Assembly: GCA_965248925.1 (NCBI GenBank)
Contig: CBDFLE010000006.1
Coordinates: 3,744,001-3,808,000, forward strand
Direction of reading: 5' to 3'
Length of the DNA: 64,000 nt
From: Candidatus Multivoradales bacterium
GTDB lineage: Bacteria; Acidobacteriota; Thermoanaerobaculia; Multivoradales; J023
The translations under genes and the position numbers were made by a program. Every line of letters starts with the position of its first letter. Position 1 is the first letter of the stretch. A model generated the notes under the pieces. It saw nothing but the letters and a program-made list of their open reading frames with translations. It ran no database searches and was not told the origin of the DNA. Shown here piece after piece: positions 16,888 through 26,089 of this stretch.

Positions 16888-17871
16888 TCAACGCGGCCGT
16901 GGCCGGAGTTCTGGATGCGGCCAAGCCCAGCGCGCCGGCGTTTTGCCAGTGTGCCGCTTGAAAGCCTTGCGAAAGGCTTCGCTAGAGCCGTAACCGATCC
17001 TCGCCGCTACCGATCCAAGATCGGTCCCGTCGAGCAATAGCTCCATGGCGTGGGCCATGCGAACTTGGTTCAGATAGTCCATTACCGAGATCCCCAGAGC
17101 CGACCGGAACCGGCGTGCCAAGGTGGCTCTGGAGAGGCCTGCTTGGGCAGCGAGGCTTTGAATTGTCCACGGGCCGGCGAGTCTAGTGTGCATCAGCGCC
17201 AGTACCTTGCGAAGCTGTAGATCTCGTTGCGCGGCACCGAGCCGGCCGATCTCCAACTCGTGTTTCTTGGCTTGGCTTAGCAAGCAGAGAAACAGTGCCT
17301 CCGCCAGTCGATCGAGCACCGTCGAGTCGTCGTCATCGAGGGGCTTCGATTCCGCATTGATGGCTTCGACGACCCTCCAAGTGCGTTCGTCCGCTAGATC
17401 GGACTTGCGGAAATGGAGCATCGCCGGCAGCAGCGACAACAACCAGCCGCCGCCACGATCGTGGACCTCCGCCTGAAGGCAGAGCAGGCGGTGGGTCAGT
17501 TGGCTGTCCTGGAATGGAGGTTGACGTACTTCGCAGGATTTTGTCGCTTGCTCGCTGGTCAACAGGGTGCGACCCGGTCGATCAGCAATCCACTGCGCCT
17601 GACCGCGGGTCAGCAACACAATGTCGCCAGGTTGCAGCTCGACCGGCATGCCAAGGTCACTTCCGCCTAGCCAGCAGCTGCCCTTGGTGACGATGTGCAG
17701 ACGCAGGGCGACCCCTGATGGAAGGGCCATTCCCCACGGCGCAGCGAGTTCCGCACGAAAGAAGACCGAGGCTCTGAGCTTCAGAGTTTCGGAAAGGGAG
17801 GGTAGGAATCTTCGTGGCATGAGACGAATGGGCTGAAGACTAGCAAATTCAGATAGATCGACCCACTGCAT
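16888..17871 (-). CDS. AraC family transcriptional regulator with cupin-type N-terminal domain
   Basis: APWG, LHIVTKGSCWL, PWTIQSLAAQAGLSRATLARRF and IGYGSSEAFRKAFKR. Confidence 0.9.
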   Translation of the reverse strand: MQWVDLSEFASLQPIRLMPRRFLPSLSETLKLRASVFFRAELAAPWGMALPSGVALRLHIVTKGSCWLGGSDLGMPVELQPGDIVLLTRGQAQWIADRPGRTLLTSEQATKSCEVRQPPFQDSQLTHRLLCLQAEVHDRGGGWLLSLLPAMLHFRKSDLADERTWRVVEAINAESKPLDDDDSTVLDRLAEALFLCLLSQAKKHELEIGRLGAAQRDLQLRKVLALMHTRLAGPWTIQSLAAQAGLSRATLARRFRSALGISVMDYLNQVRMAHAMELLLDGTDLGSVAARIGYGSSEAFRKAFKRHTGKTPARWAWPHPELRPRPR

Positions 17872-17910
17872 GAGCCTAAGAGCGCAGGTCGGATTTGCTG
17901 GAAAGGAAGA

Positions 17911-17986
17911 TGGTGGAGCAGAAGGGATTTGAACCCTCGACCCCCACGTTGCGAACGTGGTGCTCTCCCAGCTGAGCTACTGCCCC
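17911..17986 (-). tRNA. tRNA-Ala(CGC)
   Basis: Reverse complement GGGGCAGTAGCTCAGCTGGGAGAGCACCACGTT-CGC-AACGTGGGGGTCGAGGGTTCAAATCCCTTCTGCTCCACCA. Cloverleaf, G3:U70 pair and encoded CCA. Confidence 0.97.
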
Positions 17987-17999
17987 ACAGAGGGCGCTT

Positions 18000-18028
18000 A
18001 TTGTAGCCGCGACACCCGCCCTCGGCAA
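18000..18028 (-). promoter_or_regulatory. Sigma70-type promoter of tRNA-Ala
   Basis: TTGCCG-N17-TACAAT on the minus strand, just upstream of the tRNA. Confidence 0.6.
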
Positions 18029-18037
18029 GCGGTACCT

Positions 18038-19312
18038 TCAGGCCGATTCTCGGGGCCCGGCAGAGTCGACCTGGGCAGAGGGGCTGGGCGGTTCGGTGAC
18101 ATCCTTGCCGAGCAGCAGGCCGGCCAGGGTGAGGCCGGCGAGACCTTGGCTCCGGGCCTCCACCAGGCGTTGGCGTAGCTGGCTGAGAGAGCTGATCAGT
18201 TCGGCCGGCAAGGGCTCCAAGAGAGCTTGGTGTTCACCTTCGTAGGCCTCGAGAACCTGTGTCAGATCGATCCGGTAGGGGTCGCAAGACAGCAGATAGC
18301 CAGCGTCGTCGCCACCGGTGCGGCGCAGTATTTGTATTTCCAGCAGCGGTTCCAGAGCTTGCTGCAACTCGCCAGCGTCGAGGCGCAGGCGTTCTGAGAG
18401 CAGTTCTTGGGAAGTGATCGGCTGGCGGTCGCGAAAGCGCTCCAGCACCATAGCCAGGGCGGCGAGCCCCACCCAGCTGCCTTCGAGCGCTGCCTGGCGT
18501 CGGCGATCAGTGGCCAGAGGGTGATTCTGCAAGCAGTAGGTGACCTCGCTGCCGAGCAGCACGATCCACCAGCTGAGCTGGATCGAGATCATGAAGAGCA
18601 GAGCCAGGCCGAAAGTGCCGTAGATCGCCGAATAGAATTGCAGCCGACTGACATAGAGCCCGAAACCGCGCCGCAGCACTTCGATCAGGAAAGTCGCCAC
18701 CAAGGCGCCCCACAGGGCGTGGGGCAAGCGCACCTTGGTGTAGGGCACCAGCCAGTAGAGCATGCTGAGAACGATCAGGGTGACCAGTAGCGGCACCACC
18801 TGCAGTGGTAGTGAATCGGCAAGCTCGCTCAGGCCGGACTTATTGCGCAGGACGAAGAGACTGGAGTAGGTGGCGCCGACCATCGGTCCTAAGAATAAGA
18901 CCAAGATGAAGGACAGCAAGCGGCTGCGCAAATCGCGACGACGCGATACGTTCCAGATCCGGTTGAAAGTCTCTTCGACCGTGCTGAAGACTCCCAGCGA
19001 AGTCAGCAGTAGGGCGACGAACCCAGGTCCGCTCAGGGTGCTGGCTTGGAGCAGGAAAGCTCCCAGGTGCTGCACCAGGGTCTCTTCTGCAAAGGGCATC
19101 ACCCGGCTGAGGATCTCTACGATGCGCTCTGGGTCCTGGTCGAAGAGCTTCTTGCCGATGAGTGAGAACACCGTCAGCAGGGGAACGATCGCCAACACGG
19201 TGACGAACCCTAAGGCGGCGGATCTTTGCAGCAGGTGGTCCGCCCAGGCCTTGCGGATCGACAGCTCGGCGAAGCGCCACAGTCTGTGCGAGAGGATCGG
19301 TAGTTTTTGCAT
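18038..19312 (-). CDS. YihY/virulence factor BrkB family membrane protein with C-terminal winged-helix
   Basis: SAALGFVTVLAIVPLL, VEETFNRIW, YSAIYGTFG and WWIVLLGSE, then a C-terminal HTH-like region (GGDDAGYLL). Start moved to MQKLP. Confidence 0.88.
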   Translation of the reverse strand: MQKLPILSHRLWRFAELSIRKAWADHLLQRSAALGFVTVLAIVPLLTVFSLIGKKLFDQDPERIVEILSRVMPFAEETLVQHLGAFLLQASTLSGPGFVALLLTSLGVFSTVEETFNRIWNVSRRRDLRSRLLSFILVLFLGPMVGATYSSLFVLRNKSGLSELADSLPLQVVPLLVTLIVLSMLYWLVPYTKVRLPHALWGALVATFLIEVLRRGFGLYVSRLQFYSAIYGTFGLALLFMISIQLSWWIVLLGSEVTYCLQNHPLATDRRRQAALEGSWVGLAALAMVLERFRDRQPITSQELLSERLRLDAGELQQALEPLLEIQILRRTGGDDAGYLLSCDPYRIDLTQVLEAYEGEHQALLEPLPAELISSLSQLRQRLVEARSQGLAGLTLAGLLLGKDVTEPPSPSAQVDSAGPRESA

Positions 19313-19414
19313 TGAATGACTCACTGCCGGCAAGCATATCTTTCCACCGGTCCAAGGCGTAGAATCGGGCCTCGGCGGCGGGTGGTGCCACCTGCTTAGG
19401 CTGTGGAGGTCATC

Positions 19415-19714
19415 ATGAGCGAAGAAGACAAGCCCGACAAGGGCCAGCGCTTGGATCAAGCCCGCGAGCGGGTGCAAGAGACGGTAGGCAAAGCCCGTGA
19501 CCGTTGGCGCGAGGCGAGCGCCAGTGGCCGCGAGCATTACGACGTCGCGGTCGAGCAGTTGCGCGACGGCTACTCCAAGGTGCGCCAGGACTACGATGGT
19601 TGGTCCGATGACCTCACCGACTATGTGCGCGACAATCCGGGCAAGTCGGTGATGATCGCCGCCGGAGTGGGTTTTGTCATCGGTCTCTTGTTGCGCACCC
19701 GCGATGAGGCCTGA
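19415..19714 (+). CDS. DUF883/YqjD/ElaB family tail-anchored protein
   Basis: DYVRDNPGKSVMIAAGVGFVIGLLL, with GGAGGT RBS. Confidence 0.85.
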   Translation: MSEEDKPDKGQRLDQARERVQETVGKARDRWREASASGREHYDVAVEQLRDGYSKVRQDYDGWSDDLTDYVRDNPGKSVMIAAGVGFVIGLLLRTRDEA

Positions 19715-19985
19715 TGTGGCTGGAGACCCCGTGATGGGTGCCGAGACGGAAGCCACCTCCTTCACCGATGGCATGCTCGACGAGCTGTTGCCCGAAGAAT
19801 TCGATTGGCGAGCCCAGGTCCGTTCCTATCCGCTACCGGCCTTGTTGCTGGCGACGGTGGCTGGTTTTCTGCTGGGCCGTGCCCACGGCACCGAGCTAGC
19901 CCGCTCGCTGGCCAACCTGGCGACTGATCGGGTGGTGGATAAGGTCAGCTCACTGGTCTCCCCTTCGCCCTCTGATCAGGGCTAG
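19704..19985 (+). CDS. Small membrane protein (DUF883-like companion)
   Basis: DWRAQVRSYPLPALLLATVAGFLLG. Start uncertain (19704/19731/19734). Confidence 0.65.
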   Translation: MRPDVAGDPVMGAETEATSFTDGMLDELLPEEFDWRAQVRSYPLPALLLATVAGFLLGRAHGTELARSLANLATDRVVDKVSSLVSPSPSDQG

Positions 19986-20008
19986 CCGCCTCCGCGGAGC
20001 AATTTCCC

Positions 20009-20857
20009 GTGCGCCGGATCCTGCACGTCTCGGACCTTCATTTCGGCCCTCGCCATATGCCGGAGGTAGCTGCTGGCGTGGCCCGCTTGGTAGATCGGGC
20101 TCAGCCGGATCTGGTGGTCAACTCCGGTGATATGACCCAGCGTGCCAAGCCGCTGCAATTCAGCCAGGCGCTTGAATTTCTCGGTCGGCTAGCGGCGCCT
20201 ACACTCAGCGTACCGGGCAATCACGATGTGCCGATGTACCGGGTGTGGGAGCGGGTGGGGGTGCCCTTCGGTGTCTATCGGCAGCACTTCGCCAGCAACT
20301 TGGAGCCCGACTTCTTCGACTCCGAGCTGGCGGTGGTGGGGCTTAACAGTGCCTTCAATTGGACGGTCAAGGATGGTCGGTTGAAGCCTGCTCAGCTACG
20401 TTCGGCGAGCGCCCGCTGGGGGGCCGCCGAGGATGGCGCTATACGCATCGCGGTGGTGCATCACCAGCTCGTCCCGCCGCCACGGTTCGAGAACCAGCGG
20501 GTGCTGAGCGGTGCTTTTGAAGCGCAGCGGGTGTTTGCCGAGGCGGGGGTCGAAATAGTGCTCTCGGGCCATCTGCACCAGGCTTGGGTGGGCACCAACG
20601 AGGCATACTATCCGAGCGGTCAGCGACCCATGTTATTGGTGCATTCGGGAACCACCACCTCGAGCCGTGGGCGGGGCATCGAGCGCCGTCGCAACACCTG
20701 CAACTGGATCGAGATCGATGCTACTCAGCTGCGCGTCCAGCGACTTATCTGGCAAGCCGAAGAGAGTAGATTCGTGGTCTGGAGTGAGCATCGCTACCCG
20801 CGCCGTACGGCGCCGAATTACTGGTTGGGTGCTGGCTCGGCCGGGGCCGCGGTATGA
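20009..20857 (+). CDS. Calcineurin-like metallophosphoesterase (CpdA/Icc-like)
   Basis: Motifs SDLHFG, SGDMT, PGNHD, VVHH and SGHLH. Confidence 0.9.
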   Translation: MRRILHVSDLHFGPRHMPEVAAGVARLVDRAQPDLVVNSGDMTQRAKPLQFSQALEFLGRLAAPTLSVPGNHDVPMYRVWERVGVPFGVYRQHFASNLEPDFFDSELAVVGLNSAFNWTVKDGRLKPAQLRSASARWGAAEDGAIRIAVVHHQLVPPPRFENQRVLSGAFEAQRVFAEAGVEIVLSGHLHQAWVGTNEAYYPSGQRPMLLVHSGTTTSSRGRGIERRRNTCNWIEIDATQLRVQRLIWQAEESRFVVWSEHRYPRRTAPNYWLGAGSAGAAV

Positions 20858-20924
20858 TGTCTGTCGTTTGCCACCGTCGATCCGCTCGGTCCTCGACCGA
20901 GACTCCGCTGAGTGAGATGCCATC

Positions 20925-23102
20925 GTGAGTGCCGAGCGACCTCTGCCTAAGTTCGTTGGCCGTTACGAAATTGTCCGGCTGCTGGGATCCGGCGGCATGG
21001 GCGATGTCTACTTGGCCCGCGATCCCAACATCGACCGCTTGTTGGCGGTGAAGACGGTGCGCATGGTCGATTTGGGCCTGCGTGACAGCGCGGAGCGCAA
21101 GGCCCGCCTGCTACGCGAGGCCCGCGCTGCTGGCAAGTTGATGCACACCCATGTGGTGACCCTTTTCGATGCTGGCGAAGCCGATGGGCTGCTGTATCTG
21201 GCGTTCGAGCTGGTCGAAGGGCAGGATCTCAGCCAGCGGTTGAAGAGTGGTACGCCGCTGTCCTTGGGCGACACCTTGCGCCTGGGCCGGCAGGTAGCCA
21301 GTGCTTTGGAGTACGCTCACGCCGCTGGCATCGTGCATCGCGATATCAAGCCGAGCAACATCTTGATCGGCCGCGGCGGAGTGGCCAAAGTGGCCGACTT
21401 CGGCATCGCCAAGCTGATGGATCAGAGCACCGACCTGACCCGCACCGGCTCGGTGGTGGGCAGTCCGCAGTACATGTCGCCGGAGCAGATCCGTGGCGAG
21501 ACTCTCGATGGGCGATCCGATATTTTCTCCCTCGGGGTGGTGCTCTACGAGCTGCTCACTTCGACTCGTCCCTTCGATGGCGAGTCGTTGAGTACCCTGG
21601 TGTTCCAGATCCTCAGCCAGATGCCCGAGCCGGTAGACGCCCTGCGCCCCGGCTTGCCGCCGCCGCTGGTGGCCTTGGTCGAACGGATGATGACCAAGGA
21701 GCGAGACCAGCGGCAGGCCTCGGCGACCGAGTTGGTGGCCGAGATCACACGGTTGGAGCGCGAGCTGCCGGGGGCGGTGATGGCGCAGTTGGTCTACCTG
21801 CCGCCGGGTGAGACCCGCGAGACTTCGGTGCTGAGTTCCGAGGTGGCGACCGGGGTAGCCAGGCGGCAGCCCGAACAGGCCGCGGCCAGAGTCGTACCGC
21901 TGCCACCATCACCGCCAGGCAGTTCGCCGCCACCGCCGCCGCTGCCGGAACCGGAGCACCCCACTGGTGGGCTGGGTTCGTCGACCGAGCTGCGGCCGAG
22001 CGCCGCCGGAACCGCTGGCGCTACCCAGGGCCGCCGGCTGCCGTGGGGTTTGTTGGGCGGCGGGCTGCTGGTATTGCTCGTCTTGGCGGCGGGCGTTCTG
22101 TGGTGGGTCCAGCGGGGTCGGGCCGAGAATGGAGCGGCGGTGGCTACTCCAGCTTTGGCCGAGGCCGGAATCGGTGGTGCCAAAGTGCCGGTAGAGCGCC
22201 CCGCCGCTGACTTCGAGGTCACCTCGTCGACTGGCGAGCGGGGGGGTGAGCCGGATGCGGCAGTCACGGCCTTACTCGCTGATCGCCCGCAGCCGCCCGC
22301 CGAGGCGACAGACTCGCCGCTAGACCCCGCGCCTGCCCACCCTGCGCCGCGGGGGACGCCGCCGCCTCCACCCCCACCCACGCTGGCGTCGACGGGAGAG
22401 GAGACCTCAGCGGCGGTGGTGACCCCACCTCGGCAAACCTCGCCGAGGGCGGCGGCTGGGACCACTTCACCTCCGCCGCAAGCTGCCCAGTCTGTGTCCA
22501 ACCAGGAATTGGCCGAGGCGACGTTCGATCGGCGGGCGAGCCATGTAGCCCAACGTTTGCAGAGCGGCCTTTTCCTCCGTTTGCAGGTCATCCCCCCGGA
22601 GGCCCTGGTCACCTTGCTGCGGCGAGGCGAGGCTCGCGCCATTGTCAAGGGGAGGGCGCATGAGTTCGACCCGCGCAAGAAGCGCTCACGATCCTTGGAG
22701 CTGCCATTCGCCGGTCAGTACCTGTTGGTGCTACGCCATGACGGTCTGCCGGATCACTCGGTGCTGATCGATGCTGCGCCGGCCAACGGCCAAACCCCGG
22801 GGGTGGTCAGCGCGCGGCTCGGTGGCGTCGGCGCGAGCCTCGGTCCCCGTGGGGTGGTCAAGGCGCGATCGTTGGCATTCACCGGCTTTCCCACCGGTAC
22901 GGTAGTCTTCGTCGACGGTCGGCGGGTTGGCGAGGCCGCGCGTTGGCCCGGTGGCGGTATTCGCCCGAACCATCCGAATAATTTGCAGCTCGAGCCGGGT
23001 CCGCATGAGATCCGCGTCGAAATCCCCGGTCGCTCGCCCTTGGTGCGGCGGGTAGTGGGCAGACGAACCGGCCGACATTTGATTCGCTACTCAGGAAGTT
23101 GA
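20925..23102 (+). CDS. Hanks-type Ser/Thr protein kinase with TM, Pro-rich linker and PEGA-like C-terminus
   Basis: GSGGMG, AVK, HRDIKPSN, DFG, YMSPEQ and DIFSLG, then a TM and VFVDGRRVG...LEPGPHEIRV. Confidence 0.93.
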   Translation: MSAERPLPKFVGRYEIVRLLGSGGMGDVYLARDPNIDRLLAVKTVRMVDLGLRDSAERKARLLREARAAGKLMHTHVVTLFDAGEADGLLYLAFELVEGQDLSQRLKSGTPLSLGDTLRLGRQVASALEYAHAAGIVHRDIKPSNILIGRGGVAKVADFGIAKLMDQSTDLTRTGSVVGSPQYMSPEQIRGETLDGRSDIFSLGVVLYELLTSTRPFDGESLSTLVFQILSQMPEPVDALRPGLPPPLVALVERMMTKERDQRQASATELVAEITRLERELPGAVMAQLVYLPPGETRETSVLSSEVATGVARRQPEQAAARVVPLPPSPPGSSPPPPPLPEPEHPTGGLGSSTELRPSAAGTAGATQGRRLPWGLLGGGLLVLLVLAAGVLWWVQRGRAENGAAVATPALAEAGIGGAKVPVERPAADFEVTSSTGERGGEPDAAVTALLADRPQPPAEATDSPLDPAPAHPAPRGTPPPPPPPTLASTGEETSAAVVTPPRQTSPRAAAGTTSPPPQAAQSVSNQELAEATFDRRASHVAQRLQSGLFLRLQVIPPEALVTLLRRGEARAIVKGRAHEFDPRKKRSRSLELPFAGQYLLVLRHDGLPDHSVLIDAAPANGQTPGVVSARLGGVGASLGPRGVVKARSLAFTGFPTGTVVFVDGRRVGEAARWPGGGIRPNHPNNLQLEPGPHEIRVEIPGRSPLVRRVVGRRTGRHLIRYSGS

Positions 23103-23108
23103 GCCGCA

Positions 23109-24374
23109 GTGACAGTCACCTACTCTTTACCCTCGCTGTTGCCGCAGCCCAAAATCGAGCGTCTCGCCAATGGGCTCGAAGTTTGCGTGCTGAGGAATTC
23201 GGGGTCGCCGGTGGTCACCACCGCGCTGTGGTACCGCGCCGGCACTCGCGACGACGACGCTGGCCACGGTGGCTCGGCTCACTTTCTTGAGCACATGATG
23301 TTCAAGGGGTCGGCAGCCTACGGGCCGGGCGAGATCGATCGCATGACCCAGGCCCTCGGTGGCAGCAACAACGCCCTGACCAGCCATGATGGCACCTTGT
23401 ACTACTTCTCCTTCGCCCCTGATCGCTGGCAGCAGGGATTGGCGATCGAGGCCGACCGGATGGCGGCCTTGACCCTCGCCGCCGAACAGGTGGCTAGCGA
23501 GCGGCAAGTTATCGAGGAAGAAATCGCCATGTACGAGGGCGAGCCTTGGGATGCCCTCGAACAGCAGGTGACCGCGACCTTCTACGGCGAGCATTCCTAT
23601 GGCCGGCCAGTGTTGGGCAGCCGCTCCGAGCTGGCTACCATCGACGGCGCGGTGCTGGGGGAGTTTCACCGCCGTTACTACCGGCCGGACAATGCGGTGT
23701 TGGTGATTGCCGGCGATGTCGACTCTTCCGCCCAGGCGACCGCCGCGCGGCTTTTTGGCGAAGTCGGGGGAAGCGCGGCCCAGCGGCCGCGGCCGGTGCC
23801 TAGGGCCGAGCTTGGCCAGTTGGTGCGGATCGAGCGACGCCACGGCGAGGTCTCGCGGCTGTTGCTGGTGTTGCCGGCGCCAGCGGTGAGCGACCCTGAC
23901 CACCCATATCTCAAGCTGTTGCTGGCAGTCCTGGCCCAAGGCCGTTCGAGTCGTCTACATCGGGCATTGGTCGATGACGGCCAGCTCTGCGTTTGGGCGA
24001 GTGCCGATTTGGGCGACACCCTCGATCCGGGATGCACAGTCCTCGCCGCCGAGGTGTTGCCAGGGGTCGATCCCCAGCGGGTCGAAGCAGTGGTGCTAGC
24101 CGAACTCGACACTCTGCTCCAGCAACCACCCAGCGACGAAGAACTGGCTAGGGCGAAGAAGATCCTGGTCGCCGATTGGATTTTTGGCCACGAAAAAGTT
24201 CACCAGCAAGCCCTGGGTTTGGGGTTTGCGCGGGCTTTTCTCGGCCCCGACCATCCCTGGGCGTACCTCGAACGCCTACTGGCGGCAGCTGGTGACGATC
24301 TGCTGCCGGTGGCGGAACGTTTTGTGGGCCAGCCACGCGATGGGGTTTTGGGCTGGTCATTGGCCGAAGGTTAA
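23109..24374 (+). CDS. M16 zinc peptidase, catalytic subunit
   Basis: LANGL, inverted zinc motif HFLEH, NALTSHD and YYRPDNAVLVIAGD. Confidence 0.92.
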   Translation: MTVTYSLPSLLPQPKIERLANGLEVCVLRNSGSPVVTTALWYRAGTRDDDAGHGGSAHFLEHMMFKGSAAYGPGEIDRMTQALGGSNNALTSHDGTLYYFSFAPDRWQQGLAIEADRMAALTLAAEQVASERQVIEEEIAMYEGEPWDALEQQVTATFYGEHSYGRPVLGSRSELATIDGAVLGEFHRRYYRPDNAVLVIAGDVDSSAQATAARLFGEVGGSAAQRPRPVPRAELGQLVRIERRHGEVSRLLLVLPAPAVSDPDHPYLKLLLAVLAQGRSSRLHRALVDDGQLCVWASADLGDTLDPGCTVLAAEVLPGVDPQRVEAVVLAELDTLLQQPPSDEELARAKKILVADWIFGHEKVHQQALGLGFARAFLGPDHPWAYLERLLAAAGDDLLPVAERFVGQPRDGVLGWSLAEG

Positions 24375-24376
24375 GC

Positions 24377-25624
24377 ATGGAACCGACGAGCACAAAGACC
24401 GCCGCCAACCCCCGCTTGGTGGTGCGGGTGCGGCGGGTCGAAGGGATGCCGGTGATGGCGGCGCGAATGCTGCTGCGCGGCGGCTCGCGCATCGAGCGCA
24501 TTCCTGGGCAATCCCTAATCAGCGGCCGATTGCTGGCCGAAGGCAGCCAGCGGCGGGACTATCAGACGATCAATCGCCAGGCCGAGGATCTCGGCATGTT
24601 GGTGCAGAGCTTTGGCACCCACGAGTCGATCGGAGTGGCGGTCGACTGCTTGGCCGCAGATTGGCGACAGGCGTTGGATTGGTTGGCCGAGTTGGCCCTC
24701 GAACCGAGCTTTCCCGCCGACCGGTTCGAGTGGCTGCGCCGGCAGGCCAGCGCCGAGCTCGACAGCATGCTGGACCAGCCCGAGGCCCGAGCATCGCGCG
24801 CATTTTTGCGCCAACTCTACGGCGACCACCCCTATGGCCGGCTGCTGCACGGCGATGCCGCCAGCCTGGCCGAACTCGAGGCCGAGAGCTGTGCAGAGTT
24901 CCACCGCCAAGCCTTGCGCCACGGTGCCTTGGTGGTGGTCTGTGGCGAGATCGACGAGACCGAGGTTGCAGAGCACTTGGCAAGCCTCATGGCGCCGCTT
25001 TCCGGCGCGGCGGAGCCGGAACTGCCCCTACCGAGTCCGAATAGCGCTCCGCCTGAGCGTTGCGAAGTGCAGGCTGGTGAGGCGGATCAAGCGCACCTAT
25101 TTGCTGGTCATCTAAGCTTGCGACTGGCGGATCCAGACTTGCCCTTGCTGGAGCTCGCCGGTGTGGCCTTGGGCGCGGGTGCCGGGCTCAGCGGCCGTTT
25201 GCCAGAGCGTATTCGCGAGCGCCAGGGGTTGGCGTATCAGGTTGGGGTGGCGGTTGCCGCCGGCGCGGGTCTCGATCAGGGCCGGTTGACGGTCTACGTC
25301 GGTACCGCCCCCCGCAACCTGGCCAAAGTCGAGCAGGCGGTACGCGAAGAATTACAGCGGCTGCTCGATGACGGTCTTACCCAAGACGAGGTCGAGGAGG
25401 CGCGGGCCTTCCTGGTGGGTCGCGAGCCCTTCCGCCGCGAGACCGCTCGGCAGTGGGTGGCTAGACTTGCCGAGGCCGAGTTCTACGGCCTGCCGAGTGA
25501 TCAACCGGACGCCTTGGAACGTCGCCTGAGCGGCGTCGAGCCGGCGGATGTGCAGGCAGTGTTGCGGCGCATCCTGCGACCGCAGGAGCTGCATCTGACC
25601 CTTGGCTTGCCTCGCTCCAGCTAA
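24377..25624 (+). CDS. M16 peptidase, non-catalytic subunit
   Basis: No HxxEH motif. Has LYGDHPYG and RLPERIRERQGLAY, and directly follows the catalytic subunit. Confidence 0.88.
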   Translation: MEPTSTKTAANPRLVVRVRRVEGMPVMAARMLLRGGSRIERIPGQSLISGRLLAEGSQRRDYQTINRQAEDLGMLVQSFGTHESIGVAVDCLAADWRQALDWLAELALEPSFPADRFEWLRRQASAELDSMLDQPEARASRAFLRQLYGDHPYGRLLHGDAASLAELEAESCAEFHRQALRHGALVVVCGEIDETEVAEHLASLMAPLSGAAEPELPLPSPNSAPPERCEVQAGEADQAHLFAGHLSLRLADPDLPLLELAGVALGAGAGLSGRLPERIRERQGLAYQVGVAVAAGAGLDQGRLTVYVGTAPRNLAKVEQAVREELQRLLDDGLTQDEVEEARAFLVGREPFRRETARQWVARLAEAEFYGLPSDQPDALERRLSGVEPADVQAVLRRILRPQELHLTLGLPRSS

Positions 25625-26089
25625 ACGGCAGTTTTTCGTCCGTTCTGCATTGCAAGGACTTGAGACTCCGCCGATAGTCCGCTGACTCGCGGCGCTCTGC
25701 TCTGAGGAGAAACTGTTCATATTGAAAGATCCTGCATCTTCTATTTAAGAGAAATCTCTGTATTTTGAGTAACAATATTGATATTATTAGATTTTCTGAG
25801 ACGGAGCTTGACCCGATCTCGACATGAGAAGAATGCCGAGGCATTGCCTCGGTGGAAGCGGGAGTAGCTATTGCGACGCTGAAGAAGAAATTCTGGCGGC
25901 GGGAAATCTCGGCGTGCGGGGTGATCGGAGAGTGAGAAACGGTAGCTTTGCAGAGGGTTTTTGTATACTACTTGTGAGTTTGTAATAGGGCTTCGCGACC
26001 CTTCCGCAATGTGTACGGAAGATATTTTCTTGTTGCGAGCGCGAAGGTCAGTGTCCGGCTGGCCGTGAAATTGGGAGGATCGATCGCCG

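Noticed and set aside
19313-19774. N-terminal extension of the YihY ORF (578 aa)
   Set aside because: It is the antisense shadow of the DUF883 gene. YihY similarity begins near MQKLP.
21794-22678. 294-aa antisense ORF and many other long overlapping ORFs in the track
   Set aside because: These are shadow ORFs typical of high-GC genomes. They lie opposite well-supported genes and lack family motifs.
25824-25985. 53-aa ORF (MRRMPRHCLGG...) as a RiPP precursor for the ADOP permease
   Set aside because: No clear RBS, no leader or core motif, and no modifying enzymes nearby. It is likely promoter DNA.
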